DNA of 64,000 nucleotides from an uncultured Armatimonadales bacterium (GCA_964243345.1 CAXTER010000010.1:12441-76440); one strand, 5' to 3'. Positions 18,275 to 26,669 are shown, numbered from the stretch's first letter. Numbers and translations are program-made. The notes: a model not told the origin generated them from the letters alone.

Positions 18275-18408
18275 TGGGAATGCTCCTTCACTTGCCTTGA
18301 AATAGGTACTGCTATTGTGCCGGAGAATGCTTGAACGATACTAACCTGATTCTAGGCTGTTCTTGCCTAATCCGAGGAAGCGTCGGCAGGGCAGGGTAAA
18401 CTCTTGCT

Positions 18409-19320
18409 ATGGAAAGCGATAAGAAACAATTGGAACAGGAACGCGGGCAATTGGAACTCGCGGCGCTGATTGATTGCCTGACGCCCCACGACGGGACGCA
18501 CGAGACAGCGATCGCGCCGCTGAAGCTGTACCGCTCTTCCACGCCATTGAAGGCGATTCATGGTGTCTACAAGCCGAGCCTTTGCCTCATTGCACGGGGC
18601 AGCAAACAGGTCATGCTGGGAGGGAACGTGTATCTGTACGACCCGTCGCACTTTTTGCTGGTGGCCGTTGATTTGCCGGTCATCAGTCAGGTAGTGGAAG
18701 CAACCCCGGAGGAGCCGTACCTGAGCGTGTCGCTGGATATTGATCCCCGGCAGATCAGCGCCTTAGTCACGGAATTAAGCCTGCCCGAAGCGCCTATACC
18801 GCTGAGTGCCGAGCGCGGCATTGGGGTCGGCTGCTTAGATGCGCTGCTGCGCGACACGCTCATTCGCCTGCTGCGCCTGCTGGAAAGTCCGCAGCACGTT
18901 CCCGTGCTGGCCCCGCTGATTGAGCGCGAGATTTTGTACCTGCTTCTGGCAAGCGAGTTAGGGGCGACCCTGCGCCGGATGGCGTTTGCCGGGAGCGAGA
19001 TGGAAGGCATTGCCAAAGCGCTGCACCGGCTAAAGCACGGCTTCGCCGAGCCGCTGAAAGTGGAGGCGCTGGCCCGCGAGGTCCACATGAGCGTGTCCGT
19101 GTTCCACCAGCATTTCAAGGCGGTGACGGCGCTGACGCCCTTGCAGTACCAGAAGCGCCTGCGCCTTCAGGAAGCCCGCCGCCTGATGCTGGGCGAGGCG
19201 GTGGACGCGGCAACTGCCGGCCTGCGGGTCGGCTACGAAAGCCCGTCCCAGTTCAGCCGCGAGTACCGCCGCTTGTTCGGCGAAGCGCCGCGCCGCGACA
19301 TGGCCCGGCTCCGCGCCTAG
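18409..19320 (+). CDS. AraC-family transcriptional regulator (AraC_N + HTH)
   Basis: C-terminal HTH_18-type region (ALAREVHMSVSVFHQHFKAVTALTPLQYQKRLRLQEARRLM...GYESPSQFSREYRRLFG). Divergent from the SDR gene. Confidence 0.85.
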   Translation: MESDKKQLEQERGQLELAALIDCLTPHDGTHETAIAPLKLYRSSTPLKAIHGVYKPSLCLIARGSKQVMLGGNVYLYDPSHFLLVAVDLPVISQVVEATPEEPYLSVSLDIDPRQISALVTELSLPEAPIPLSAERGIGVGCLDALLRDTLIRLLRLLESPQHVPVLAPLIEREILYLLLASELGATLRRMAFAGSEMEGIAKALHRLKHGFAEPLKVEALAREVHMSVSVFHQHFKAVTALTPLQYQKRLRLQEARRLMLGEAVDAATAGLRVGYESPSQFSREYRRLFGEAPRRDMARLRA

Positions 19321-19357
19321 CCTGCGAAAAAAGAATCGGTTGTCTTTTTCATCTTCC

Positions 19358-19386
19358 TTGACAATCTACATTTAGGGTGTTATACT
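19358..19386 (+). promoter_or_regulatory. Sigma-70-type promoter of nrdR
   Basis: TTGACA (19358-19363), a 17-nt spacer, then TATACT (19381-19386). Confidence 0.55.
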
Positions 19387-19410
19387 AAAAATCCGCACAA
19401 GATATAGGTA
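19363..19410 (+). promoter_or_regulatory. Two candidate NrdR boxes
   Basis: AATCTACATTTAGGGT (19363-19378) and GCACAAGATATAGGTA (19395-19410) each match about 11/16 of the remembered consensus acaCwAtATaTwGtgt. Centres are 32 bp apart and the boxes overlap the promoter. Confidence 0.35.
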
Positions 19411-19435
19411 ATGCCGTCCAAACAAAGCAGGTTCT

Positions 19436-19924
19436 ATGAAATGCCCCTACTGCGGCCATGACAACGATGCCGTGCTTGACTCGCGGCCCATGCGCGACGG
19501 GGAAGCGATCAAACGACGCCGTGAATGCAAGCACTGCGAGCGGCGCTTTACCACGTTTGAGACCATTGAAGAAATGCAGCTCACAGTGGTCAAAAAGCCC
19601 GACCGGGACGGCCATCAGCGCCGGGAGCCGTTTGACCGCAACAAGCTGCTGCGCTCTTTGCGTGTGGCCTGCCAGAAGCGGCCGATTTCGGAAGAAACCC
19701 TGCAAACCATCACCGACGACATCGAGCGCACGCTGGCGAACCGCTTAGACAAAGAAGTGCCATCCTCGGAAATCGGCGAAATGGTCATGGAGAACTTGAG
19801 CCGCTTAGACCAAGTGGCGTATGTGCGTTTTGCGTCGGTCTACCGCCAGTTTGAGGATGCCACCCAGTTCCGCGACATCGTCAATTTGATCAAGAAGCAA
19901 AGCGGGCGATTAAGAAAAGAATAG
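19436..19924 (+). CDS. nrdR: Transcriptional repressor NrdR
   Basis: MKCPYCGHDNDAVLDSRPMRDGEAIKRRRECKHCERRFTTFE zinc ribbon followed by an ATP-cone. Lies upstream of the RNR gene. Confidence 0.95.
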   Translation: MKCPYCGHDNDAVLDSRPMRDGEAIKRRRECKHCERRFTTFETIEEMQLTVVKKPDRDGHQRREPFDRNKLLRSLRVACQKRPISEETLQTITDDIERTLANRLDKEVPSSEIGEMVMENLSRLDQVAYVRFASVYRQFEDATQFRDIVNLIKKQSGRLRKE

Positions 19925-20022
19925 CCACAGTAAGAGGCACAAAACACGCCGAAGCCACGGAATTTATTTCGTGGCTCTTCTGAAAAACATCGCGAAATAA
20001 TCACTAGAAGAAGGAAGCAATC

Positions 20023-23000
20023 ATGGCCGAGAAAAGCAGCAAGAAAAACGGTTCAGGAACGACTTTAGATTTAATGGGCGACGAGGAAGCCCCAATGCCG
20101 CGCCCGGCTCGGAAAGCCGCCGCGCCGATGCCCTCGGCAGAACCGGCCCCGGTGGTCGTTTCCGAAGCCGACGGGGCGCTGTTCGGCGGGGAAGAGGTGG
20201 ACCTGGAAGCACGGCATCCCGCCGATGTGCCGGTCAGCGGGTTTCCTGCTCCATCGCAGATTGCGCTTGTCGCGGAGCCTCAGCCGATGGAAGCGGACCC
20301 GTTCGGCGAAGAAGACCCGTTTGAGGACAGCGTCATGGCCCGAATGCTGGCTGATGAGCCGGCCCCGCTTCTAAGCCCGCTCCGCGCCGCCCGCGAAGAC
20401 CTCAACGAAGCGTCAAACGCCGTGGCTGAACCGGATTTGGAAGCGTTTGCCGATCCCGTGGCGGTTCCCGAAGTCGAGCAAGTGGTTGACTTCGCCATCG
20501 AACCCGTCATTCTGGAAGCTGTTACCGTGGAAGCCGCGCCGGAACCGGAGGCCGTGCAACAAATCGCTTTAGAACAAGAGACCATCCTAGAAATGGAAGC
20601 CCCAATGCCCGTAGCTGCTGCTGCCCCCGAAACAAAACCCGCCGAAACAAAGCCGCCCAAAATCACGCCCGCGAAAGCCGCCAAGACAAATGCGCCGGGC
20701 CTGACGTTTACGCGCCGCTATACGCAGCCGGGTCAAGACGTTTGGGAGACCAGCGAGTGGGAGCTTCGCAACGCCAGCATCGTCGGCAGCGACGGCACGG
20801 TTGTTTTTGAGCAAAAAGGCGTCGAAATCCCGAAATCCTGGTCTCAGCTTGCCACCAACGTCGTCGTGTCTAAGTATTTTAGAGGCCAAATCGGGACACT
20901 GGAACGCGAGTATTCGGTCAAGCAATTGATCGGGCGCGTCGCCGACAAGATTTTGGAATGGGCCAAGCTCGGCAGCTACTTCGCGTCAGACGCCGATGCT
21001 GAAGTCTTTCACGACGAGCTGCGCTATATTCTGCTGCATCAGTACGCCGCATTCAACAGCCCGGTCTGGTTCAACTTGGGCTGGGCCGGACGCCGCCAAG
21101 CCGTCAGCGCGTGCTATATCACGGAAGTAGACGACTCGATGGAGTCCATCTTAGATTTGTACAAGACCGAAGGGATGCTGTTTAAAGACGGCAGTGGCAG
21201 CGGGCACAACCTGTCGCCCCTGCGCTCGTCTAAAGAGCCGCTGTCGGCGGGCGGGCGCTCCTCCGGCCCGATTGCGTTTATGAAGGGATTGGATGCGTCG
21301 GCGGGCAGCATTAAATCCGGCGGCTCGACCCGCCGTGCCGCCAAGATGGTCATTTTGAATGCCGACCACCCGGACATTCAGGAGTTCATTGACTGCAAAA
21401 AAGATGCCGAGCTAAAAGCGCACGCCCTGATAGACGCAGGCTACTCAGGCGCGTTCAATGTCAGCGGCGGGGCATACGACACGGTCCCGTTCCAGAACGC
21501 CAACCACAGCGTCCGCGTCACCGACGAGTTCATGCAGGCGGTTGAGACCGACGGTTCCTGGGAAACCAAGTTCCGCACCGACGGCAAGACCGCCGAGACG
21601 CTCAGGGCGCGTGACCTGCTGCACTCCATCGCCGAAGGGACGTGGGTTTGCGGCGACCCCGGAATGCAGTACGACACCACCGCAAACGACTGGCACACCT
21701 GCGCCAGCACGGACAGAATTCATGCAAGTAATCCATGCGTGACTGGTGACACGCTTGTGGCGACTGCGGAAGGCTGGCAGCGAATTGACGCACTTGTCGG
21801 GCAATCGGCGCGAGTCATTGGCGCGGATGGCCTGCCGCACTTTGTAGACCACATCTTCCCGACGGGACACAAAGCTGTCTTCAAGCTGCGGACCCGCGCC
21901 GGGTTTGAGGTAGCAATCACTGGCAATCATCAAGTGCTGACGACGGAGCGTGGCGATGTTGCTGTGGAAGACCTGCGTTTGGGCGAGCACCTGCACCTGG
22001 AAGGTGCAGGTTTTGGACGGCGTGCTCTGAATGAAACGCTTGCACTTGCCATTGGAGTCGCTGTCGGCGACGGCTGCTTGTCCCGGCAAACTTTGCCGAC
22101 TCGTGAGCAGGAGTATGTCATCCTTACAATGGCGGCTGGCGAAGCGCCTATTCTAGACAAGATCGCCGCCGAGTTGAACCGGCAGAAAGCCATCCTGCGT
22201 GCGGCGGGCGTGTCAGGGCATCCCGGCCCAGCGTCGGTTGTTCCGCAAAGCGCGTCAGGAACTTCGCGCCTTTCTGTCGGCTCTGCCTGCGTCGTGGATT
22301 TATTTAATGAGTTCGCGGTTCTTGGCGAAGGCAGCAGCCGAAAGCGGTTTACACCGAACGTCTACGATCTGGATAAGCCGACGCTGGCGGCTGTTCTGCG
22401 CGGCCTGTTCACCGCTGACGGCTGCGTCGCGAGCTATGGCGACAAGAGTCAGTATGTCGCGCTGGACTCGACTTCTCAAGAGCTGCTTCAGCAGGTTCAA
22501 ATGCTCCTGCTGTCATTCGGCATCAAGGCGAAAATCTATACGGAGCGGCGCGGTGGCGTGACGGAAGCAATGCTGCCGGACACGAACCGCGAACTAAAGC
22601 CCTACACTGTGCAGGAAATGCATTCGCTCCGTATCAGCAAAGCGTCGCGCGTCATCTTTGAACGGGAAATCGGGTTCGACTCAGCCAGCGCCAAAGCCGC
22701 GCGTCTGCATGACATGAACCTCGCGTTCACGACTTATAAAGACGTGCTGACTGACGAAGTCGTCTCTATTACCGAGGCTGGCACGGCGGATGTGTACGAC
22801 CTGACCGAAGGCATTACACATCACTTTGTCGCTAACGGTTTAGTGGTTCATAACTGCTCGGAGTTCTTTTTCTTGAACTCAACGGCGTGTAACCTGTCGT
22901 CGCTGAACTTGATGAAGTTCCGGGATACTCAGAGCGGGGCGTTTGATACCGAGTCGTTTGAACACGCGGTCAAAGTGATGATTACGGCGCAGGAGATTGT

Positions 23001-24642
23001 GGTTGGGTTTGCCCATTACCCGACTGAGAAGATCGAAGAGCGGTCGCATAGGTTCCGGCCTTTGGGGTTAGGTTACGCCAACTTAGGGGCACTCCTCATG
23101 GCGGCGGGTTTGCCCTATGACAGCGATGCAGGCAGGGCGTATGCCGGGGCCGTGACCGCGCTGATGACGGGCCGGGCGTACCATCAGTCGGCGACTGTGG
23201 CCCGCGATTGCGGCGGGCCGTTTGCGGGCTTTGCCGAGAACCGCGAGCCAATGCTTCGGGTCATGGGCAAGCACCGGTCCGCTGTGGACGAGATCAACGG
23301 CAGCTTGATCCCCGACACGCTGCTGGACGCCGCCCGGACCGCGTGGGACGACGCGCTGGCGGAAGGACAAGCTTCGGGCTACCGCAACGCACAAGCCACG
23401 GTACTCGCGCCGACTGGAACTATTGGCTTCCTGATGGACTGCGATACAACGGGGATTGAGCCGGACATTGCGATTGTCAAGTACAAGTCGCTGGTCGGCG
23501 GGGGCATGATGAAGATTGTCAACCAGACTGTCCCCGAAGCCCTGGACCGGCTGGGTTACGACGAAGCGCAGGCGCAAGGCATTATCAAGTTCATCGATGA
23601 GCATGACACGATTGAAGGAGCGCCGGGCCTGAAGCCGGAGCATCTGGCGATTTTTGACTGCGCGTTCCGCCCGATGAACGGCACCAGGTCGATCCATTAC
23701 CGGGGCCACTTGAAGATGATGGCGGCGGCCCAGCCGTTTATTTCGGGGGCGATTTCTAAAACTGTCAATGTCCCCAACGACGCTTCGGCGGACGACATTG
23801 CCCAGACCTATTTGGAAGCCTGGCGCCTGGGCGTTAAAGCCGTCGCCATCTACCGGGACGGCTCCAAGCGCACCCAGCCTCTCAATACAGCCAGCGAAAA
23901 GAGCCTAGAAGCCAAAGCCGCCGCTGCCGAGGCTGTTGCCCCGGACGCTGCGCCAACTACGCTTGCCGTGCCGAAAGCGGTTCGCCGCCGGCTGCCCGAC
24001 GAGCGCGACGGCGTCACGCACAAGTTCAGCATCGGCGGCCATGAAGGCTACCTGACGGTGGGCCTGTACCCGGATACCCGCCAGCCCGGCGAGATTTTCA
24101 TTCGGATGTCTAAAGAAGGGTCGTCCATTTCGGGCCTGATGGACAGCTTCGCCACGGCGATTTCGCTGGCCTTGCAGTACGGCGTCCCGCTGTCCACGCT
24201 GGTGGACAAGTTCATCCATTCGCGCTTTGAGCCGTCGGGCTTCACCGGCAACAAAGACATCCCGATGGCGAAATCCGTCATGGACTACATCTTCCGGTAT
24301 CTGGCCCTGCGCTTCCTGCAAAAAGAAGACCGTCACAATGTCGGGCTGATTGCCGACCAGGAAGACGCCTACGCCGCCCCGGCGCGGCCCGCCCTTCCGG
24401 CCCACGACTCCAAAAGCGGCACCCTCAGCAGCAAGACTAACAGCAATGGAAATGGCAGCGGCCACCACAACGCCAATGCCCATTTGGCCGAGACCAACAC
24501 CGCGTCCATCACCGACCACGAGCGCGAAATCTCGCTGATGCAGTCCGACGCCCCTCCCTGCCCCGAATGCGGCGCCATCACCATCCGCAGCGGCGCTTGT
24601 TATAAATGCCTTTCGTGCGGGACATCGTTAGGCTGCTCGTAG
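20023..24642 (+). CDS. nrdJ: Class II (adenosylcobalamin-dependent) ribonucleotide reductase with intein, ~220-aa acidic N-terminal extension and C-terminal zinc ribbon
   Basis: Strong SD (GAAGGAAG) 7 nt upstream of the ATG. After intein removal the active-site motif reads ASNP|CSEFFFL. C-terminal CPECG...CYKCLSCG. 1539 aa. Confidence 0.9.
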   Translation: MAEKSSKKNGSGTTLDLMGDEEAPMPRPARKAAAPMPSAEPAPVVVSEADGALFGGEEVDLEARHPADVPVSGFPAPSQIALVAEPQPMEADPFGEEDPFEDSVMARMLADEPAPLLSPLRAAREDLNEASNAVAEPDLEAFADPVAVPEVEQVVDFAIEPVILEAVTVEAAPEPEAVQQIALEQETILEMEAPMPVAAAAPETKPAETKPPKITPAKAAKTNAPGLTFTRRYTQPGQDVWETSEWELRNASIVGSDGTVVFEQKGVEIPKSWSQLATNVVVSKYFRGQIGTLEREYSVKQLIGRVADKILEWAKLGSYFASDADAEVFHDELRYILLHQYAAFNSPVWFNLGWAGRRQAVSACYITEVDDSMESILDLYKTEGMLFKDGSGSGHNLSPLRSSKEPLSAGGRSSGPIAFMKGLDASAGSIKSGGSTRRAAKMVILNADHPDIQEFIDCKKDAELKAHALIDAGYSGAFNVSGGAYDTVPFQNANHSVRVTDEFMQAVETDGSWETKFRTDGKTAETLRARDLLHSIAEGTWVCGDPGMQYDTTANDWHTCASTDRIHASNPCVTGDTLVATAEGWQRIDALVGQSARVIGADGLPHFVDHIFPTGHKAVFKLRTRAGFEVAITGNHQVLTTERGDVAVEDLRLGEHLHLEGAGFGRRALNETLALAIGVAVGDGCLSRQTLPTREQEYVILTMAAGEAPILDKIAAELNRQKAILRAAGVSGHPGPASVVPQSASGTSRLSVGSACVVDLFNEFAVLGEGSSRKRFTPNVYDLDKPTLAAVLRGLFTADGCVASYGDKSQYVALDSTSQELLQQVQMLLLSFGIKAKIYTERRGGVTEAMLPDTNRELKPYTVQEMHSLRISKASRVIFEREIGFDSASAKAARLHDMNLAFTTYKDVLTDEVVSITEAGTADVYDLTEGITHHFVANGLVVHNCSEFFFLNSTACNLSSLNLMKFRDTQSGAFDTESFEHAVKVMITAQEIVVGFAHYPTEKIEERSHRFRPLGLGYANLGALLMAAGLPYDSDAGRAYAGAVTALMTGRAYHQSATVARDCGGPFAGFAENREPMLRVMGKHRSAVDEINGSLIPDTLLDAARTAWDDALAEGQASGYRNAQATVLAPTGTIGFLMDCDTTGIEPDIAIVKYKSLVGGGMMKIVNQTVPEALDRLGYDEAQAQGIIKFIDEHDTIEGAPGLKPEHLAIFDCAFRPMNGTRSIHYRGHLKMMAAAQPFISGAISKTVNVPNDASADDIAQTYLEAWRLGVKAVAIYRDGSKRTQPLNTASEKSLEAKAAAAEAVAPDAAPTTLAVPKAVRRRLPDERDGVTHKFSIGGHEGYLTVGLYPDTRQPGEIFIRMSKEGSSISGLMDSFATAISLALQYGVPLSTLVDKFIHSRFEPSGFTGNKDIPMAKSVMDYIFRYLALRFLQKEDRHNVGLIADQEDAYAAPARPALPAHDSKSGTLSSKTNSNGNGSGHHNANAHLAETNTASITDHEREISLMQSDAPPCPECGAITIRSGACYKCLSCGTSLGCS
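21736..22854 (+). mobile_element. Intein (373 aa) with LAGLIDADG homing-endonuclease domain inside nrdJ
   Basis: Starts CVTGDTLVAT (block A) with ITGNHQVLT (block B). LAGLIDADG motifs: LALAIGVAVGDGCL and LRGLFTADGCV. Ends VVHN, followed by +1 Cys (CSEF). Confidence 0.85.
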
Positions 24643-24665
24643 CTTCATAGAACCTTCTGAAACTT

Positions 24666-24705
24666 GACCCTGGTGATAAGCTTATCGCCAGGGTCATTCG
24701 TTTGC
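24666..24705 (+). terminator. nrdJ terminator hairpin
   Basis: GACCCTGGTGATAAG/CTTATCGCCAGGGTC near-perfect 15-bp stem followed by ATTCGTTTGC. Confidence 0.6.
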
Positions 24706-24725
24706 TTGAAAAGCTGGGGTATCAA

Positions 24726-25628
24726 ATGAACCTGCCACCGATGAACAATCATCTTCGGGAAAGACTACGTAAGGATCTCCGGGCTAATGGGTTCATAGTC
24801 AAGTTTGTTCAACTGGTCGTCGGTGTTCTTTTTGGCATTGCTGAGGGCATCCTTATCAACATGGCAACAGGAGCAAGTGGCGAGACACAAACTAAGCTTT
24901 ATACCGGGCTGGGGGTAGTCGGTTTTATTCACCTCATCCTGTTCAGTCTCGCATTATTCTCCACCACGCCCCTGCCTCAGTTTCTGGTTGATTTCGATGA
25001 CGTTTCTGAAAGGTTACAAAAATCCAAATCGGAAACGGAAGCTTATGCTTCTTTCACTGAAACTTATAACGCCGCCATCATTGCGACACAACTGAGCTTG
25101 TCAGCTATTGAAGCAAGGCGCCTTGATCCTCGGAACAAGATTGATACTATTTTAGCTGAAGTCATTGCGCCCTGGCTCGAAAGCCGCACGGAGATTTTTC
25201 GGTTCCACGACGGAAACGCATTGTACAATTTTGCTGTTTACGAACAATCAGAGCAGACAAAAAAACTCAAATCAATATGGAGAAGCCATGACAACCGGTT
25301 AAGAGTTCGCAACCGGGAGTGGGAACCTGGTTTTGGTCATGTTGGCGTCTGCTTTCAGCGAGGAAAAACCCTCTTCTCGGATGATGCCTCAGCCGTAGGA
25401 GATGATAACGCAATTACGACTGATATTGCAGAAGACAAATTGCAATACCGCTCTATGTTATCAACGCCAATCCTTATAGATGGAGTTAAAAAAGGCGTTT
25501 TCGTTGTCACGAGCAGCAAACCACATCAATTTGACAAAGAGTTGCACTCCCCAATAATCGAGATTATCGCAATGTTGCTGGGCCAAGCTATGAAGCATGG
25601 GTGGACGAAAAACAGGCAAAACCCTTGA
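24726..25628 (+). CDS. Membrane protein: 2 TM helices + coiled segment + C-terminal GAF-like domain (tentative)
   Basis: The ORF opens at TTG 24702; ATG at 24726. TM helices: FIVKFVQLVVGVLFGIAEGILINMA and LGVVGFIHLILFSLALFST. The C-terminal ~150 aa show a GAF-like pattern (G.GHVG...YRSMLSTPILIDGVKKGVFVVTS...IIEIIAMLLGQAM). Low GC. Confidence 0.55.
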   Translation: MNLPPMNNHLRERLRKDLRANGFIVKFVQLVVGVLFGIAEGILINMATGASGETQTKLYTGLGVVGFIHLILFSLALFSTTPLPQFLVDFDDVSERLQKSKSETEAYASFTETYNAAIIATQLSLSAIEARRLDPRNKIDTILAEVIAPWLESRTEIFRFHDGNALYNFAVYEQSEQTKKLKSIWRSHDNRLRVRNREWEPGFGHVGVCFQRGKTLFSDDASAVGDDNAITTDIAEDKLQYRSMLSTPILIDGVKKGVFVVTSSKPHQFDKELHSPIIEIIAMLLGQAMKHGWTKNRQNP

Positions 25629-25695
25629 GGCGATACCACAGTAAAAGGTATCATTTTGATACCTTTTCGGGTATATTGCGATAAGAGGCTCTAAG

Positions 25696-25887
25696 ATGAC
25701 ACAAGCTAAACAAGTAGAACAACCCAAAGTTGTGACTGTTGAAAACTCTGCGTTGGAAGCTTACCGTCGCCACCTTCAAGATGGGTCTGATTACCTTCCT
25801 GCTTATCGAGACTATTTGTTGCGTACTCAAAGAGGTTTGTCAGAAGCTGTCAAGCGCCGTGCGGCTGAGAATCTAAAACGCAGATAA
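25696..25887 (+). CDS. Small basic hypothetical protein (63 aa)
   Basis: AAGAGG SD 9 nt upstream of the ATG. Same strand as the GAF-like gene and followed by a strong terminator. Confidence 0.45.
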   Translation: MTQAKQVEQPKVVTVENSALEAYRRHLQDGSDYLPAYRDYLLRTQRGLSEAVKRRAAENLKRR

Positions 25888-25906
25888 CATCTACAACGTA
25901 CCTGAT

Positions 25907-25937
25907 AAAGCCAATCATTATGATGATTGGCTTTTGC
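25907..25937 (+). terminator. Rho-independent terminator
   Basis: AAAGCCAATCA...TGATTGGCTTT stem followed by TGCTGTT. Confidence 0.7.
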
Positions 25938-26108
25938 TGTTCCTGCCCTACCCACTGCGCTTCCTGAGTGGTAGACTAAGCACACATTTGGCCGAACCTC
26001 TTTTGGCAGTGATTATTTGGACAGAAACCCGGATGCGGTTCTACCATCCGTAGCAGTTCCTTCGGCTTTTGATGTAGCATTTCGTTCGTCTGTTCGCACA
26101 AAACTATC

Positions 26109-26133
26109 GGGCGCAGGCTGTTCAGCCTGCGCC
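26109..26133 (+). terminator. Strong GC hairpin (terminator-like) ending a ~190-nt non-coding stretch
   Basis: GGCGCAGGCTG TT CAGCCTGCGCC is a perfect 11-bp stem, followed by TTGATTGAT. No credible ORF lies between 25938 and 26108. Confidence 0.4.
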
Positions 26134-26153
26134 TTGATTGATAGCGAACAAAT

Positions 26154-26669
26154 GTGTGCAAGCACCAAAACTGTGGACATCTTGGTTTAGTGAGAGTTTT
26201 GGACGCCGAAGCAACAGACAAATCTATAGCGAAATGGGCGAAAGAAGTCGGAGCGCTGTTTGATAGTGTTGCAGCCGGAATGGAAAATGCCTTCCGAGAA
26301 GCTGGATTTCTAGCTGTTGGGGATGCAGTTGCCTCAAGGATCAGCAAAAATACGGGCCTGGATGTGGTAAGCTATGGACACATTGTAGACACTTCCAGCA
26401 TACGCCACATCTTGAAGCATCATGGAACGTCTGCTGAATACAAACGTGGGCAGGTGCCAATCACTAAGCTGGACTTCATGCAGCTCATTCATCTTTTGCT
26501 AAATCCAGATACCATTGAGTATGCAGGTAAAACCAAGCAAGGCCGCGATGTCTTGCGCTACACAAAAGTTATAGGCGAACACATTATGGTTTACACGGAG
26601 GAAGTAAGAACGAAGAAAGGTCGCCTGGCGGCAGTTACGCTGTACAAGAGGATAAACAAAAAAGAGTAA
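26154..26669 (+). CDS. Stand-alone PBECR-like (Barnase-EndoU-ColicinE5/D-RelE-like) putative nuclease; start uncertain
   Basis: The segment GHIVDTSSIRHILKHHG...ITKLDFMQLIHLLLNPDTIEY...VLRYTKVIGEHIMVYTEEVRTKKGRLAAVTLYKR matches my recollection of PBECR domains (H-x3-H-H motif, then an alpha/beta core ending T.Y). The first start is GTG with no SD. Confidence 0.45.
   Translation: MCKHQNCGHLGLVRVLDAEATDKSIAKWAKEVGALFDSVAAGMENAFREAGFLAVGDAVASRISKNTGLDVVSYGHIVDTSSIRHILKHHGTSAEYKRGQVPITKLDFMQLIHLLLNPDTIEYAGKTKQGRDVLRYTKVIGEHIMVYTEEVRTKKGRLAAVTLYKRINKKE

Noticed and set aside
19925-20022. Cobalamin riboswitch or NrdR boxes directly upstream of nrdJ.
   Set aside because: The region is too short and no B12-box-like or palindromic NrdR-like sequence is visible. 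Only a weak hairpin (AGCCACG...CGTGGCT) without a T-run is present.
26030-26062. tRNA-like T-arm (CGGATGCGGTTCTACCATCCG), which would suggest a tRNA or tmRNA fragment acting as an att site.
   Set aside because: The loop is 9 nt with a C-C mismatch, and no acceptor or anticodon arms could be built around it.
25976-26347. 123-aa minus-strand ORF overlapping the start of the PBECR-like gene.
   Set aside because: It has no motif or RBS, overlaps a better plus-strand candidate, and spans the terminator-like hairpin.
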